Origin: Candidatus Eiseniibacteriota bacterium
GTDB taxonomy: Bacteria > Eisenbacteria > RBG-16-71-46 > CAIMUX01 > VGJL01
Length of the DNA stretch: 64,000 nt
Direction of reading: 5' to 3'
NCBI GenBank assembly: GCA_041946735.1
Contig: JBHGAY010000001.1
Coordinates: 256,001 to 320,000 of the forward strand
Below the pieces are notes generated by a model. That model searched no databases and was not told the DNA's origin. It saw only the letters and a program-made list of their open reading frames with translations. The translations under genes were made by a program, and so were the position numbers. Positions 39,736 to 49,782 of this stretch are shown here, piece by piece; position 1 is the stretch's first letter; every line of letters starts with the position of its first letter.

Positions 39736-41454
39736 CTAGCCGGCCGTTCTTCGGATCACTTCGAGGAGGCGACCGGCGTCGACCGGCTTCGTCAGGTGCT
39801 CGCGGAAGCCGGCCTCATGGCTCTTCTGCACGTCGTCGTGCGTGCCGTAGCCGGAGAGGGCGATCGCCGGGAGGTCCTGCCTGCATTCGCGGATTCGCCG
39901 CATCAGCGTCAAACCGTCCACGTCAGGGAGGCCGAGATCGCTGATCAGCAGCCGGTGGCTGTCGTTGAGCATCCGCAGCGCCTCGGCCGCATCCCGAGCG
40001 ACGTCGATCTCGAAGCCGTGGCTGCGCAGGAGCATCGCGATCATCGCAGCGCTGTCGCGGTGGTCCTCCACGAGCAGGATTCTCATGCTGCGAGGTCGAC
40101 CCTGTGTCGGTTCTTCCGCCTTCGGGGCGCTCCTGACAACCGGTTCCCCCTCGCCGAACTCGCGAGAAGCGAGCGGGAGCGAGAGGAGGAACGTCGAGCC
40201 GGTTCCGACTCCATCGCTCTTCGCCTCGATCGAACCGCCGTGCGCTTCGAGGAGCTGCCGGGTGATGAAGAGCCCGAGTCCAAGCCCGCGGATGCTCTCT
40301 TGCCTCCCCTTCTCCTGCACGAACGGGTGGAAGAGGTCCGGGAGGAGCGAAGGATCGATTCCGGCTCCGCTGTCCCGGATCTCCGTGTAGAACACATCGC
40401 CTCCCGTCCAGGTGCGCAGCGTGATCCATCCATGCTCGGGCGTGAACTTGATCGCATTGCGGAGGAGGTTCCAAAACACCTGGCGGATGCGGACCGCATC
40501 GGCGGTGGTCTGGTCCGGCTCCGCCCGGAGCGCTACCGTCAGGTCGATCCCCTTCGCGGCGACGTCCTCCGCGACCTCGCCGAGCACATCGTTGACGATC
40601 TCGTGCAGCGCGACGGGAGAGCGATCGATCCGGAGTTGGCCGTTGACGATCCGGCCCACATCGAGGAGATCGTCGATCAGCCGGGCCTCGATCTCGATGT
40701 TGCGGCGGACCATCTCGAGCAACGGATGATGCTCGGCCGGGACGGTAGGGTCATCGACCAACATGGACACGGCAGCGAGAACCGGGGTGAGCGGAGTGCG
40801 CATCTCGTGGCTGAGGATTGCGAGGAACCGGTCCTTCGCCTCCGACGCGAGCCGGGCGCTCTCTTCCCTCAGGGCTAGCTGCCTCTTCTCTTCCTCCGCC
40901 CGCTTCCGCTCCCGAAGATCGATCATCGCCGTCGGAAACGACCCGTCGCTCCGCGCGTGATGGCGCCTCCGCGTCACGAGATGGACGGGCAGCGGATCCC
41001 CGTCGGCCCCCTCGAGCGAGATCTCCGTCTGGACGTCCCGATCGCCTCTGCGGCAGCGGGTGAGATGATCCAGGAAGAGCTTCCGGTCCGGACCCGCGAG
41101 GTGGGCGAGGAAAGGAGAGGAGATCAGGCGGTTGCGCTGCTTCCCCAACAACTCGGCTCCCGCCAGGTTGATGTCGACGATCACGCCCTGGCTGTCGAGC
41201 GTGACGTAGCCGATGGGTGCGGCGTCGTAGAGTTCGGCGTATCGATCCCGCGACTGCTCGAGGAGCTGGCGCGTCTGCAGGAGCGCGTTGTTCTGGGCGC
41301 GGATCTCTTCCTGATGGACGAGCAGGTCCTGCCGGACCCGCTCGAGCTCTTGCACCGTCCGCTGCAGCCTCTCCCGTTCCTCGAGCAGACGCCGCGTGTC
41401 GGGAAGGGAGCTTTCCGGCCGTTGCGGATTCTCGGGCTCGATGTCCCGGCTCAT
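39736..41454 (-). CDS. Hybrid PAS sensor histidine kinase/response regulator
   Basis: Coiled coil, PAS (YDAAPIGYVTLD), SHEMRTPL, NLLRNAIKFT, GLGLGL, receiver ILLVEDH..SDLGLP..LTKP. Confidence 0.93.
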   Translation of the reverse strand: MSRDIEPENPQRPESSLPDTRRLLEERERLQRTVQELERVRQDLLVHQEEIRAQNNALLQTRQLLEQSRDRYAELYDAAPIGYVTLDSQGVIVDINLAGAELLGKQRNRLISSPFLAHLAGPDRKLFLDHLTRCRRGDRDVQTEISLEGADGDPLPVHLVTRRRHHARSDGSFPTAMIDLRERKRAEEEKRQLALREESARLASEAKDRFLAILSHEMRTPLTPVLAAVSMLVDDPTVPAEHHPLLEMVRRNIEIEARLIDDLLDVGRIVNGQLRIDRSPVALHEIVNDVLGEVAEDVAAKGIDLTVALRAEPDQTTADAVRIRQVFWNLLRNAIKFTPEHGWITLRTWTGGDVFYTEIRDSGAGIDPSLLPDLFHPFVQEKGRQESIRGLGLGLFITRQLLEAHGGSIEAKSDGVGTGSTFLLSLPLASREFGEGEPVVRSAPKAEEPTQGRPRSMRILLVEDHRDSAAMIAMLLRSHGFEIDVARDAAEALRMLNDSHRLLISDLGLPDVDGLTLMRRIRECRQDLPAIALSGYGTHDDVQKSHEAGFREHLTKPVDAGRLLEVIRRTAG

Positions 41455-41485
41455 GGCCGCCCTCTCTCGACCTCTCTATGCCGGA

Positions 41486-44452
41486 TCATGAAGCCAGCTC
41501 ATGAATGGTAACGACGAAAAGGATGGGATGATCCGCCGCCTCATCGATCCGGGTGGTCTTGAGCAGAAAGCGCGCCTTCGCACCGCCGGCCCCCGGGATC
41601 TGCACTTCGGAGACGATCTCCCTGTCCGGCGACACGAGGGCCCGCTCGAGAGCCTGCCGCGCCTCCCCGACGCCGGCGAGAGTTCCGCCACTCTTCGGTT
41701 CGAGCAGCGAGCGACCTCGCTGTGCCGTCGCGGAGAAACGGTCGCGAAACGCTCCATTCGCCCTGACGATTCGCTGTTCGCCATCCAGAACCACCAGAGG
41801 ATCGTTCATCGTCTCGACGATCGCTTCCGCGAGGTCGTGCGCTCGTCTCGCCTCCGCCTCCTTCTCGCGCACCCGGGTAATGTCGAAGAGCGCGAGCACG
41901 GCTCCGTCGATCTTGTTCTCTACAGTCTTGTACGGCCGGATGCGCAGAGAGTACCAGTTTCCCATTCGATCCGGGACGTCCCGCTCCACCGATGAGATCT
42001 GGTCGACGACGCCCCGCACCATCCCTTCCAGCTCGGGGCAATCGATGTTCGGGCGGATGTCGCTGAAGGGGCGGCCGATGTCGGTCGGGATCAGGTTCAG
42101 CACCTGCTGCGCCATCGGCGTGAACCGGCGAATTCGAAGATCGGCGGAGACGATGACGATCGCGATCTGCACGCTGGAAAGGAGGTTCAGCAGATCGCTG
42201 TTCACGCGGCTCAGCTCCTCGTTGCGCGCGTGCAACTCCTCGTTGACGGTGTTCAGCTCCTCGTTCGTCGACTGGAGTTCCTCGCGAGCGGTGTCCAGCT
42301 CCTCGTTGGTGGACTGCAGCTCCTCGTTGCTCGACAGGATCTCCTCGTTGGCCGACTGCAACTCCTCGTTCGCGGCCGCCAGATCATGGATGATCGCCTG
42401 CAGGTACTCGCGATTGGCGACGAGCTCCTCCCGAAGACGCCTCGCCTCCTCCGTCTCGCCTTCCGCCGGCTCCGGCTGCGCCGCCGGCTCCTTCGCCTTG
42501 TTTCCCTCCCATTGCGGTCTCTCCTCGAACAGGATCAGGAAGTGGGTCGGCTGCTCTCCTCCGACCGGGAGGATTTCGATCTTCAGCTCCTGCACGTTGC
42601 CATTCCATCGCAGCCGGACTCCCTCCCTCCGCACGGCCTTGCCCGTGCGTCGCGCTTCGTTCAAGGAGGTGCTGAGAATGTGGAATAGCCCTTCGCGGGC
42701 CATCTTGAGGATGTTCAGGCTCGCTTCGCCCGAAGACAGCTCCAGGTAGCGACCCGTCTGGCCACGCACCTGGACGATCTGGAACTCGTTGTCCACGATG
42801 ACCGCCGGTGGCGCGAACCTCGAGAGCAGAAGGACGTCGACCTCGCGGAGGACCTTCGGATAGCCGCCTTCCTCCTGGCGATCGACCTGGGGGCGCCCGC
42901 GAGACGGCTGCGCGAAGCTCACCTGCAGGTCGTTCGCCGCCTGCCTGCGCGAGTAGATCCGGTTCTTCTTGTCGAGGATCGCGAAGAGATCGGAGAGAGT
43001 GCCCACCGATTCGGACGCCCCGAGCATCAGGAAGCCCGAGGCCCTCAACGCGTAGTGGAAGAGGTTCAGCAGCCGCCTCTGCAGCGAAACCGAGAAGTAG
43101 ATCAGGAGATTCCTGCAGATGATCAGATCGAGCTTGGAGAAGGGAGGGTCGCGCGTGACGTCCTGCCGGGCGAAGATGCACATTTCGCGGACGAGCTTGC
43201 TGACCTTGTACCCGCCGTCCGATTCCATGAAGTAGCGGCGCAGGACGTCGGGCGGAACGTCGGTAGCGATGCTCCCCGAGTAGAACCCGGCCCGGGCGTG
43301 ATCGATCGCGTCGTCGCTGACGTCCGTCCCGAACACCTGGATCGGGCCCGAAGGCGTGCCGCCGAGGAACTCGAGCATGCTGATCGCAACGGAATACGCC
43401 TCCTCTCCCGTCGAGCAGCCCGGCACCCAGACGCGGCAGGGATGGTTCGCTCGACGGCCCTCGAGGATCTGGGGGAACACGATCGCGGCGAGGCTCTTGA
43501 ACGACTCCGGCTCGCGAAAGAAGCGTGTGACGTGGATCAGCAAGTCCCGGTAGAGCGCAGCGACCTCTCCGCGGTCCCTCTCGAGAAGGGCGACGTACTG
43601 GCCGAGATCGTTCACCTTGTGCAGCACCATCCTTCGCTGGATTCGCCGCTGGATGGTCGGCTGCCGGTAGCCCCCGAAATCCACTCCGCTCACCGACCGG
43701 AGGAGCGAGAAGACCCGCTCGCTGTCCTCTTCGGGGAGGATGGGCGTCCCTCCCGATGCGGTCGCCCCCCTGACGAGCGGGTGGCGTGCGATCCGCTCCA
43801 GCTCCACTCCCATTTCATAGGGAGGAAGGATCAGATCAGGATCAGCCGTGGCGATGGAAGCGCGCGGCATCCCATCGTACTTCGCCGACTCGGGCGATTG
43901 GACGATCACGAACCCGCCGGCGGCCTTGATCTCGCGGGCGCCGACCGATCCATCCGTTCCCGATCCGGAGAGGATGATCCCTACAGCCTGCGATCCGGCG
44001 CTCTCCGCAAGCGACGTCAGGAACAGGTCGATGGGCGTGTGGAGGATCCTCGCCTCCGATCGCGGGGCGAGATGCAGGGTCTCGCCGGTGATCGTGAGGT
44101 CCGCCTTCGGAGGGATCACGTAGATGTGATTGGGGAGGACCCGGACGCCGTCCGATGCTTCCTCGATCGGCAACGGCGAGCCCTCGCGGAGCAGGCTCGC
44201 GAGGATGCTCTCATGATCGGGGGCGAGATGCTGCACGAGCACGAGGGCGATGCCGCAATCATGCGGCAGGCCGCGGACGAGCTGCGAGTACGCCTCGAGC
44301 CCGCCGGCCGATGCGCCGACGCCCACGATGCAGGAGGGCCTTTGCTCGGCGGCCCGCAGCGTCTCGCCGGCGCCGGATCCCGGCTCGTTTCGAGCTTCGA
44401 CCGGCCGGCCCCCTCCCTCCTCCGCGTTCTTGCCTTCCTTAGCCCTCGACAT
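41486..44452 (-). CDS. CheB/CheR fusion (methylesterase-methyltransferase) with coiled coil and PAS domains
   Basis: GASAGG/QHL/SGSGTDG CheB; VTRFFRE, WVPGCSTGEEAYS, CRNLLIY CheR; EELQSTNEE heptads; PAS. Confidence 0.93.
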   Translation of the reverse strand: MSRAKEGKNAEEGGGRPVEARNEPGSGAGETLRAAEQRPSCIVGVGASAGGLEAYSQLVRGLPHDCGIALVLVQHLAPDHESILASLLREGSPLPIEEASDGVRVLPNHIYVIPPKADLTITGETLHLAPRSEARILHTPIDLFLTSLAESAGSQAVGIILSGSGTDGSVGAREIKAAGGFVIVQSPESAKYDGMPRASIATADPDLILPPYEMGVELERIARHPLVRGATASGGTPILPEEDSERVFSLLRSVSGVDFGGYRQPTIQRRIQRRMVLHKVNDLGQYVALLERDRGEVAALYRDLLIHVTRFFREPESFKSLAAIVFPQILEGRRANHPCRVWVPGCSTGEEAYSVAISMLEFLGGTPSGPIQVFGTDVSDDAIDHARAGFYSGSIATDVPPDVLRRYFMESDGGYKVSKLVREMCIFARQDVTRDPPFSKLDLIICRNLLIYFSVSLQRRLLNLFHYALRASGFLMLGASESVGTLSDLFAILDKKNRIYSRRQAANDLQVSFAQPSRGRPQVDRQEEGGYPKVLREVDVLLLSRFAPPAVIVDNEFQIVQVRGQTGRYLELSSGEASLNILKMAREGLFHILSTSLNEARRTGKAVRREGVRLRWNGNVQELKIEILPVGGEQPTHFLILFEERPQWEGNKAKEPAAQPEPAEGETEEARRLREELVANREYLQAIIHDLAAANEELQSANEEILSSNEELQSTNEELDTAREELQSTNEELNTVNEELHARNEELSRVNSDLLNLLSSVQIAIVIVSADLRIRRFTPMAQQVLNLIPTDIGRPFSDIRPNIDCPELEGMVRGVVDQISSVERDVPDRMGNWYSLRIRPYKTVENKIDGAVLALFDITRVREKEAEARRAHDLAEAIVETMNDPLVVLDGEQRIVRANGAFRDRFSATAQRGRSLLEPKSGGTLAGVGEARQALERALVSPDREIVSEVQIPGAGGAKARFLLKTTRIDEAADHPILFVVTIHELAS

Positions 44453-44535
44453 CGGTCCCTCTTCCGTTTCGTCTCATTCGCCAACGATCGAGCGTAGGCG
44501 TGCGCCGAGAGAAGATCGCGTGGACCCTTCGGGTC

Positions 44536-45537
44536 TCAGTCCGCAGACGGATCCTGGCCCTCCATCTCCCCCGACAACCGTTTCCCCAACGCGAGCAGAT
44601 CCTGGATGTCCTGCGCTCGCTCCCGGGCCGCTCGCGCCCTCGCTTCGTACTCGCGATGGAGCGCCTCCCATCCGGACTCGCGGGCATGCAGCGCCATGCG
44701 ATCGCTGAGCGACGCCTGCTCCTCGAGGGCTCGAAGCGCCGACCAGAGAGCCGCCTCGATCCGGTTTCGCTGCCTGGCAAGAAGCGTTTCCGGCCCGAAC
44801 GCGTGCCCGACCCGGCAGCGGTATCGCCGTACGCCTCCTCGCTCCACCTCCCACAGGCTTCCGCCGCAGTCGGGGCAGGTATAGACGGAGACTTTTGGCG
44901 TGGTCGCGCTCGGCTCGGCGGTTCGCCCTCCCACGCCTTCCCCTTCCGGCTCGGACGGGACGCCCTGGGTGGTTGCCGGAGATCGGGCGAGACGCTCGAG
45001 AAGGACCGAGATCTCCGGAACGGGGACGACATGGTCCACCTCCACGCTCCGCAGCGCGCTCAAGGGCATCGACGGAAAGAGCGCTTCGGAAGGCTCCTGG
45101 ACGATCGCGATCCCTCCCTGCTCCTTGATGGCAGCGAGCCCGTAGGTTCCGTCGTCGAGAGAACCGGAGAGCAGTACACCGATGACGGAAGGACCATACG
45201 CTGAGGCCGCAGAAATGAAAAGAGGATCGACCGCGGGACGGAAGCCATTCTCTCGCGGCCCGCGCACCACGCGAACATGCCCGTCGCCGACGAGCAGATG
45301 CCGGTCGGGCATCGCGACGTAGACGCGACCGGCGCGGATCTCCTCTCCGTCCTCGGCCTCCTTCACCGGAAGGCCGGAGGATCTCGAAAGGACACGGGGC
45401 AGACCGCCCCCTCGACGAGAAGACCCATGGATCACGACCAGCATCGCGGCGGGAAGATCACGCGGAAGCGGATGCAGTAAAGCGAGGAGCGGCTGGATCG
45501 CCCCCGACGAGCCACCAATGACGACGAGGCGGGTCAT
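44536..45537 (-). CDS. cheB: Stand-alone CheB-type methylesterase with C-terminal Cys-rich domain
   Basis: IGGSSG, VIH, RPAVDPLF, LSGSLDDG, PSMP; C-terminal CPDCGG..CRVGH; GGAGG SD. Confidence 0.88.
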   Translation of the reverse strand: MTRLVVIGGSSGAIQPLLALLHPLPRDLPAAMLVVIHGSSRRGGGLPRVLSRSSGLPVKEAEDGEEIRAGRVYVAMPDRHLLVGDGHVRVVRGPRENGFRPAVDPLFISAASAYGPSVIGVLLSGSLDDGTYGLAAIKEQGGIAIVQEPSEALFPSMPLSALRSVEVDHVVPVPEISVLLERLARSPATTQGVPSEPEGEGVGGRTAEPSATTPKVSVYTCPDCGGSLWEVERGGVRRYRCRVGHAFGPETLLARQRNRIEAALWSALRALEEQASLSDRMALHARESGWEALHREYEARARAARERAQDIQDLLALGKRLSGEMEGQDPSAD

Positions 45538-45659
45538 GAGTCCTCCGTTCGGTCGAAGGGCGATCGGGGAACGGCACGTCCGGGCTACCCGGAAGCCGGT
45601 CGGCGATGGCGGCGAGTCCGGAACGGAGGGTCGTTGAGGACCGGGAGGGTCGGAGTAGA

Positions 45660-46937
45660 TCAACCGGCCATGATCCGAACCTCGTATCCGGCATTACGGA
45701 GCCTCTCGACATCCGCCACGGGGAGGCAGTACTCCGCGTCCACCGTGCCGTCCTCGAACGCTTCCCGCACAACGAGCCCTCGCTTCATCATCTCACGAGC
45801 CTGATCGAATCGGCTGGCAGGAAACCGAACCCGAACACGGATCCGGGTGCGCGAAAGCTCGTCTGCAAGACGCCCCCGAAACCGGTCGATATCGGCCGGA
45901 TCGAGCGCGGAGACGATGATCGCATCCGGGTAGCGCAGGCGCAGCCCCGCCGCCGCCATGTCGTCCGCGAGACGATCCGCCTTGTTCAGGATCAGGAGCC
46001 GAGGCACCTCGCGATCGAGAATCTGTCCGAGCACTTCCTCCACGGCGCGCATCTGCTCCTCGCGCATTGGGTGGCTCGCATCGATGACGTGCAGGATCAG
46101 ATCGGCTTCCCGGACGTCGGAAAGGGTCGCGCGGAATGAGGCGACGAGGTGATGGGGCAGTTTGCGGATGAAGCCGACCGTGTCGGAGAGCAGAAACTTC
46201 TGCCGATCGGGCATGACGACCAGGCGGGTGGTCGTGTCGAGCGTTGCGAACAGCTTGTCCTCGGCGAGCACCCCCGCGCGAGTGAGGGCGTTGAAGAGCG
46301 TGGACTTCCCGGCGTTCGTATATCCGACCAGCGCCGCGCGGAACAGCTCGCTCCGCCCTTTTCGCTGGGTCTCGCGCTCCTTGTCGATCTTCTCGAGCTT
46401 CTCCTTCAGCAGCGAGATGCGGTGGCGCACGTGCCTCCGGTCCGTTTCCAGCTGGGTCTCCCCGGGACCTCGCGTACCGATGCCGCCTCCGAGGCGTTCG
46501 AGGTGGCTCCACATGCGCGTCAGCCGAGGAAGCAGGTACTCGAGCTGCGCCAGCTCGACCTGGAGCATCGCCTCTCGGCTGCGCGCGCGCCGGGCGAAGA
46601 TGTCGAGGATCAGCTCGCTCCGGTCGACGACGCGGACCTCGAGTTCCTTCTCGAGGTTGCGCGCCTGAGCGGGCGAAAGGTCCTCGTCGAAGATCAGGAG
46701 CTTCGCCTCGCTCTCACGCAGAAGATCATGTACCTGCGCTCGCTTGCCCTTGCTGAGATAGCTGGCCGGGTGGATCGACTCCCGGCGTTGAACGACCGAT
46801 CCGACCACCTTCGCTCCGGCGGTATCGGTCAGGAGGGAAAGTTCTTCGAGGGACTCGTCTGCGGATCCGGGGGTGTCAACCCCCACCAGGACCGCCTTCT
46901 CTACGGAGACGGCGGTGCTCGTCGGCGTTCTGGGAAT
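45660..46937 (-). CDS. hflX: GTPase HflX
   Basis: EKAVLVG, ILDIFARRA, GGIGTRGPGETQLE, GYTNAGKS, LFATLD, DTVGFI, NKAD; start proposed at ATT 46937 (GTG 46886 would truncate conserved strand). Confidence 0.93.
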   Translation of the reverse strand: MPRTPTSTAVSVEKAVLVGVDTPGSADESLEELSLLTDTAGAKVVGSVVQRRESIHPASYLSKGKRAQVHDLLRESEAKLLIFDEDLSPAQARNLEKELEVRVVDRSELILDIFARRARSREAMLQVELAQLEYLLPRLTRMWSHLERLGGGIGTRGPGETQLETDRRHVRHRISLLKEKLEKIDKERETQRKGRSELFRAALVGYTNAGKSTLFNALTRAGVLAEDKLFATLDTTTRLVVMPDRQKFLLSDTVGFIRKLPHHLVASFRATLSDVREADLILHVIDASHPMREEQMRAVEEVLGQILDREVPRLLILNKADRLADDMAAAGLRLRYPDAIIVSALDPADIDRFRGRLADELSRTRIRVRVRFPASRFDQAREMMKRGLVVREAFEDGTVDAEYCLPVADVERLRNAGYEVRIMAG

Positions 46938-47100
46938 CTTCTTCTGCCTCCTGGGCTCGCTGGCCCTCTTTCACGCGTCGCCCCGGGCGGGCCGGCAACT
47001 CGCCGGCGGCCGCTGTTCGAGCGCGGCTCCCGCATGGCGACGATCTCGCGCTCAGTCTACCACTCGCCCGACGAAGCGAGGCGCCCACCTCCTCCGCTCG

Positions 47101-47147
47101 GAAAAGGACCGGGACCGGGGGCCTTTCGGACCGCCCGGTCCCGTCCC
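47101..47147 (-). terminator. Probable rho-independent terminator of groESL
   Basis: Minus strand GGACGGGACCGGG..GAAA..CCCGGTCCCGGTCC followed by TTTT. Confidence 0.65.
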
Positions 47148-47203
47148 GTCGCGCTCCCGTCACGGATCCCCGCGACGGCCGTCACGCGTTTCGGTGTTCC
47201 GGT

Positions 47204-48841
<1,638 letters not shown>

Positions 48842-48892
48842 TCACAGCCTCCTTCTTCGGAATCCTTCTGGACCAGGACGCGGACGCGCCCG

Positions 48893-49189
48893 CTACTTCT
48901 GGATGATCCCCAGGACATCGTCCTCGCGCAGGATCAGGTACTCCTCGCCGTCGATCTTGACCTCGGTGCCGGCGTACTTGCTCATGAGCACGCGATCGCC
49001 TTCCTTCACTTCCAGCTTCTGGACCTTGCCGTCGTCGAGAGTCCGACCGGGGCCGATCGCGATGACCTCGCCCTGCATCGGCTTCTCCTTCGCGGTGTCG
49101 GGAATGATGATCCCGCCGCGGGTCTCCTCGGTCTCCTCGATCCTCTTGACGAGAAGCCGGTCCCCCAGGGGACGAATCTTCACTGCCAT
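48893..49189 (-). CDS. groES: Co-chaperonin GroES
   Basis: [37 protein letters not shown]. Confidence 0.99.
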   Translation of the reverse strand: MAVKIRPLGDRLLVKRIEETEETRGGIIIPDTAKEKPMQGEVIAIGPGRTLDDGKVQKLEVKEGDRVLMSKYAGTEVKIDGEEYLILREDDVLGIIQK

Positions 49190-49316
49190 GCATCCCTCCT
49201 CTGTGCGCGGCATCCGCACCGCCGCGCTTTGTGCTCCTTGCTTCGCCGAGATCCGGGGATGAGCCGGCCGCGGCTTCCGATCCGCGCGCAAGCTCCCGCA
49301 TCGCGACCCGCCAGAG

Positions 49317-49331
49317 GCAAACGCCGTGCCG
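49317..49331 (-). promoter_or_regulatory. sigma54 (-24/-12) promoter of groESL
   Basis: Minus strand CGGCACGGCGTTTGC. Confidence 0.7.
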
Positions 49332-49424
49332 CTGCCCGTTCGAATGGCGTAACCGATTAAAAGCATTGAAGGTCGACGGCTGGAGGGCGGCTCGGCGGAG
49401 GTCCGTGCCGGCCCCTCCCGCCTC

Positions 49425-49451
49425 GGACGCGTGCCAGTTTGACACGCGTCC
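49425..49451. promoter_or_regulatory. Near-perfect 27-bp palindrome, putative enhancer-binding-protein site
   Basis: GGACGCGTGCCA-GTT-TGACACGCGTCC (11/12 arm match). Confidence 0.65.
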
Positions 49452-49531
49452 GGGCCGCCTCATGGAGTCGCCTATTCGGATGAACAGCAAACGATTAGCA
49501 CATCGCCCCCGTGGATCAAAGCGAAGAGTGG

Positions 49532-49566
49532 CGTTTCAAGTTGGCACGATGCGCCATTCTGGCACA
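49532..49566. promoter_or_regulatory. Two tandem NtrC-like 7-3-7 sites
   Basis: CGTTTCA-AGT-TGGCACG and TGCGCCA-TTC-TGGCACA. Confidence 0.55.
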
Positions 49567-49782
49567 AGCACAAGCGCCAAGCAGTAGGATGATGGGCACC
49601 GCCGTCCGTCTAACTCTGTCCGGCGCATCGGATAGCGCCAGTCAAAGTGGCGTGGCGACAGCGGCCGGCCGGCCTTGCAGCGGGAGGGGCGGGAAGGTCG
49701 TGATGGTCGGCGGCTCGTTCGTTGTCCGCACGCCGTGGCGAACTGCCCGCGCGGTCGTCACGGCGTGGCGAGGCCCTTGCGG

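Noticed and set aside
39736..45660. cheB/cheBR cluster as a mobile island
   Set aside because: Slightly more A/T by eye, but no integrase, transposase, tRNA or flanking repeats
46975..47200. hfq or small gene upstream of hflX
   Set aside because: No Sm-like ORF; region holds the groESL terminator
49495..49534. Possible CIRCE (TTAGCAC...) upstream of groES
   Set aside because: Only part of the left arm matches; no GAGTGCTAA at 9-nt spacing
49541..49580. Plus-strand TGGCAC hits as sigma54 promoters
   Set aside because: No GC at -12 spacing and no downstream plus-strand gene; better read as palindrome half-sites
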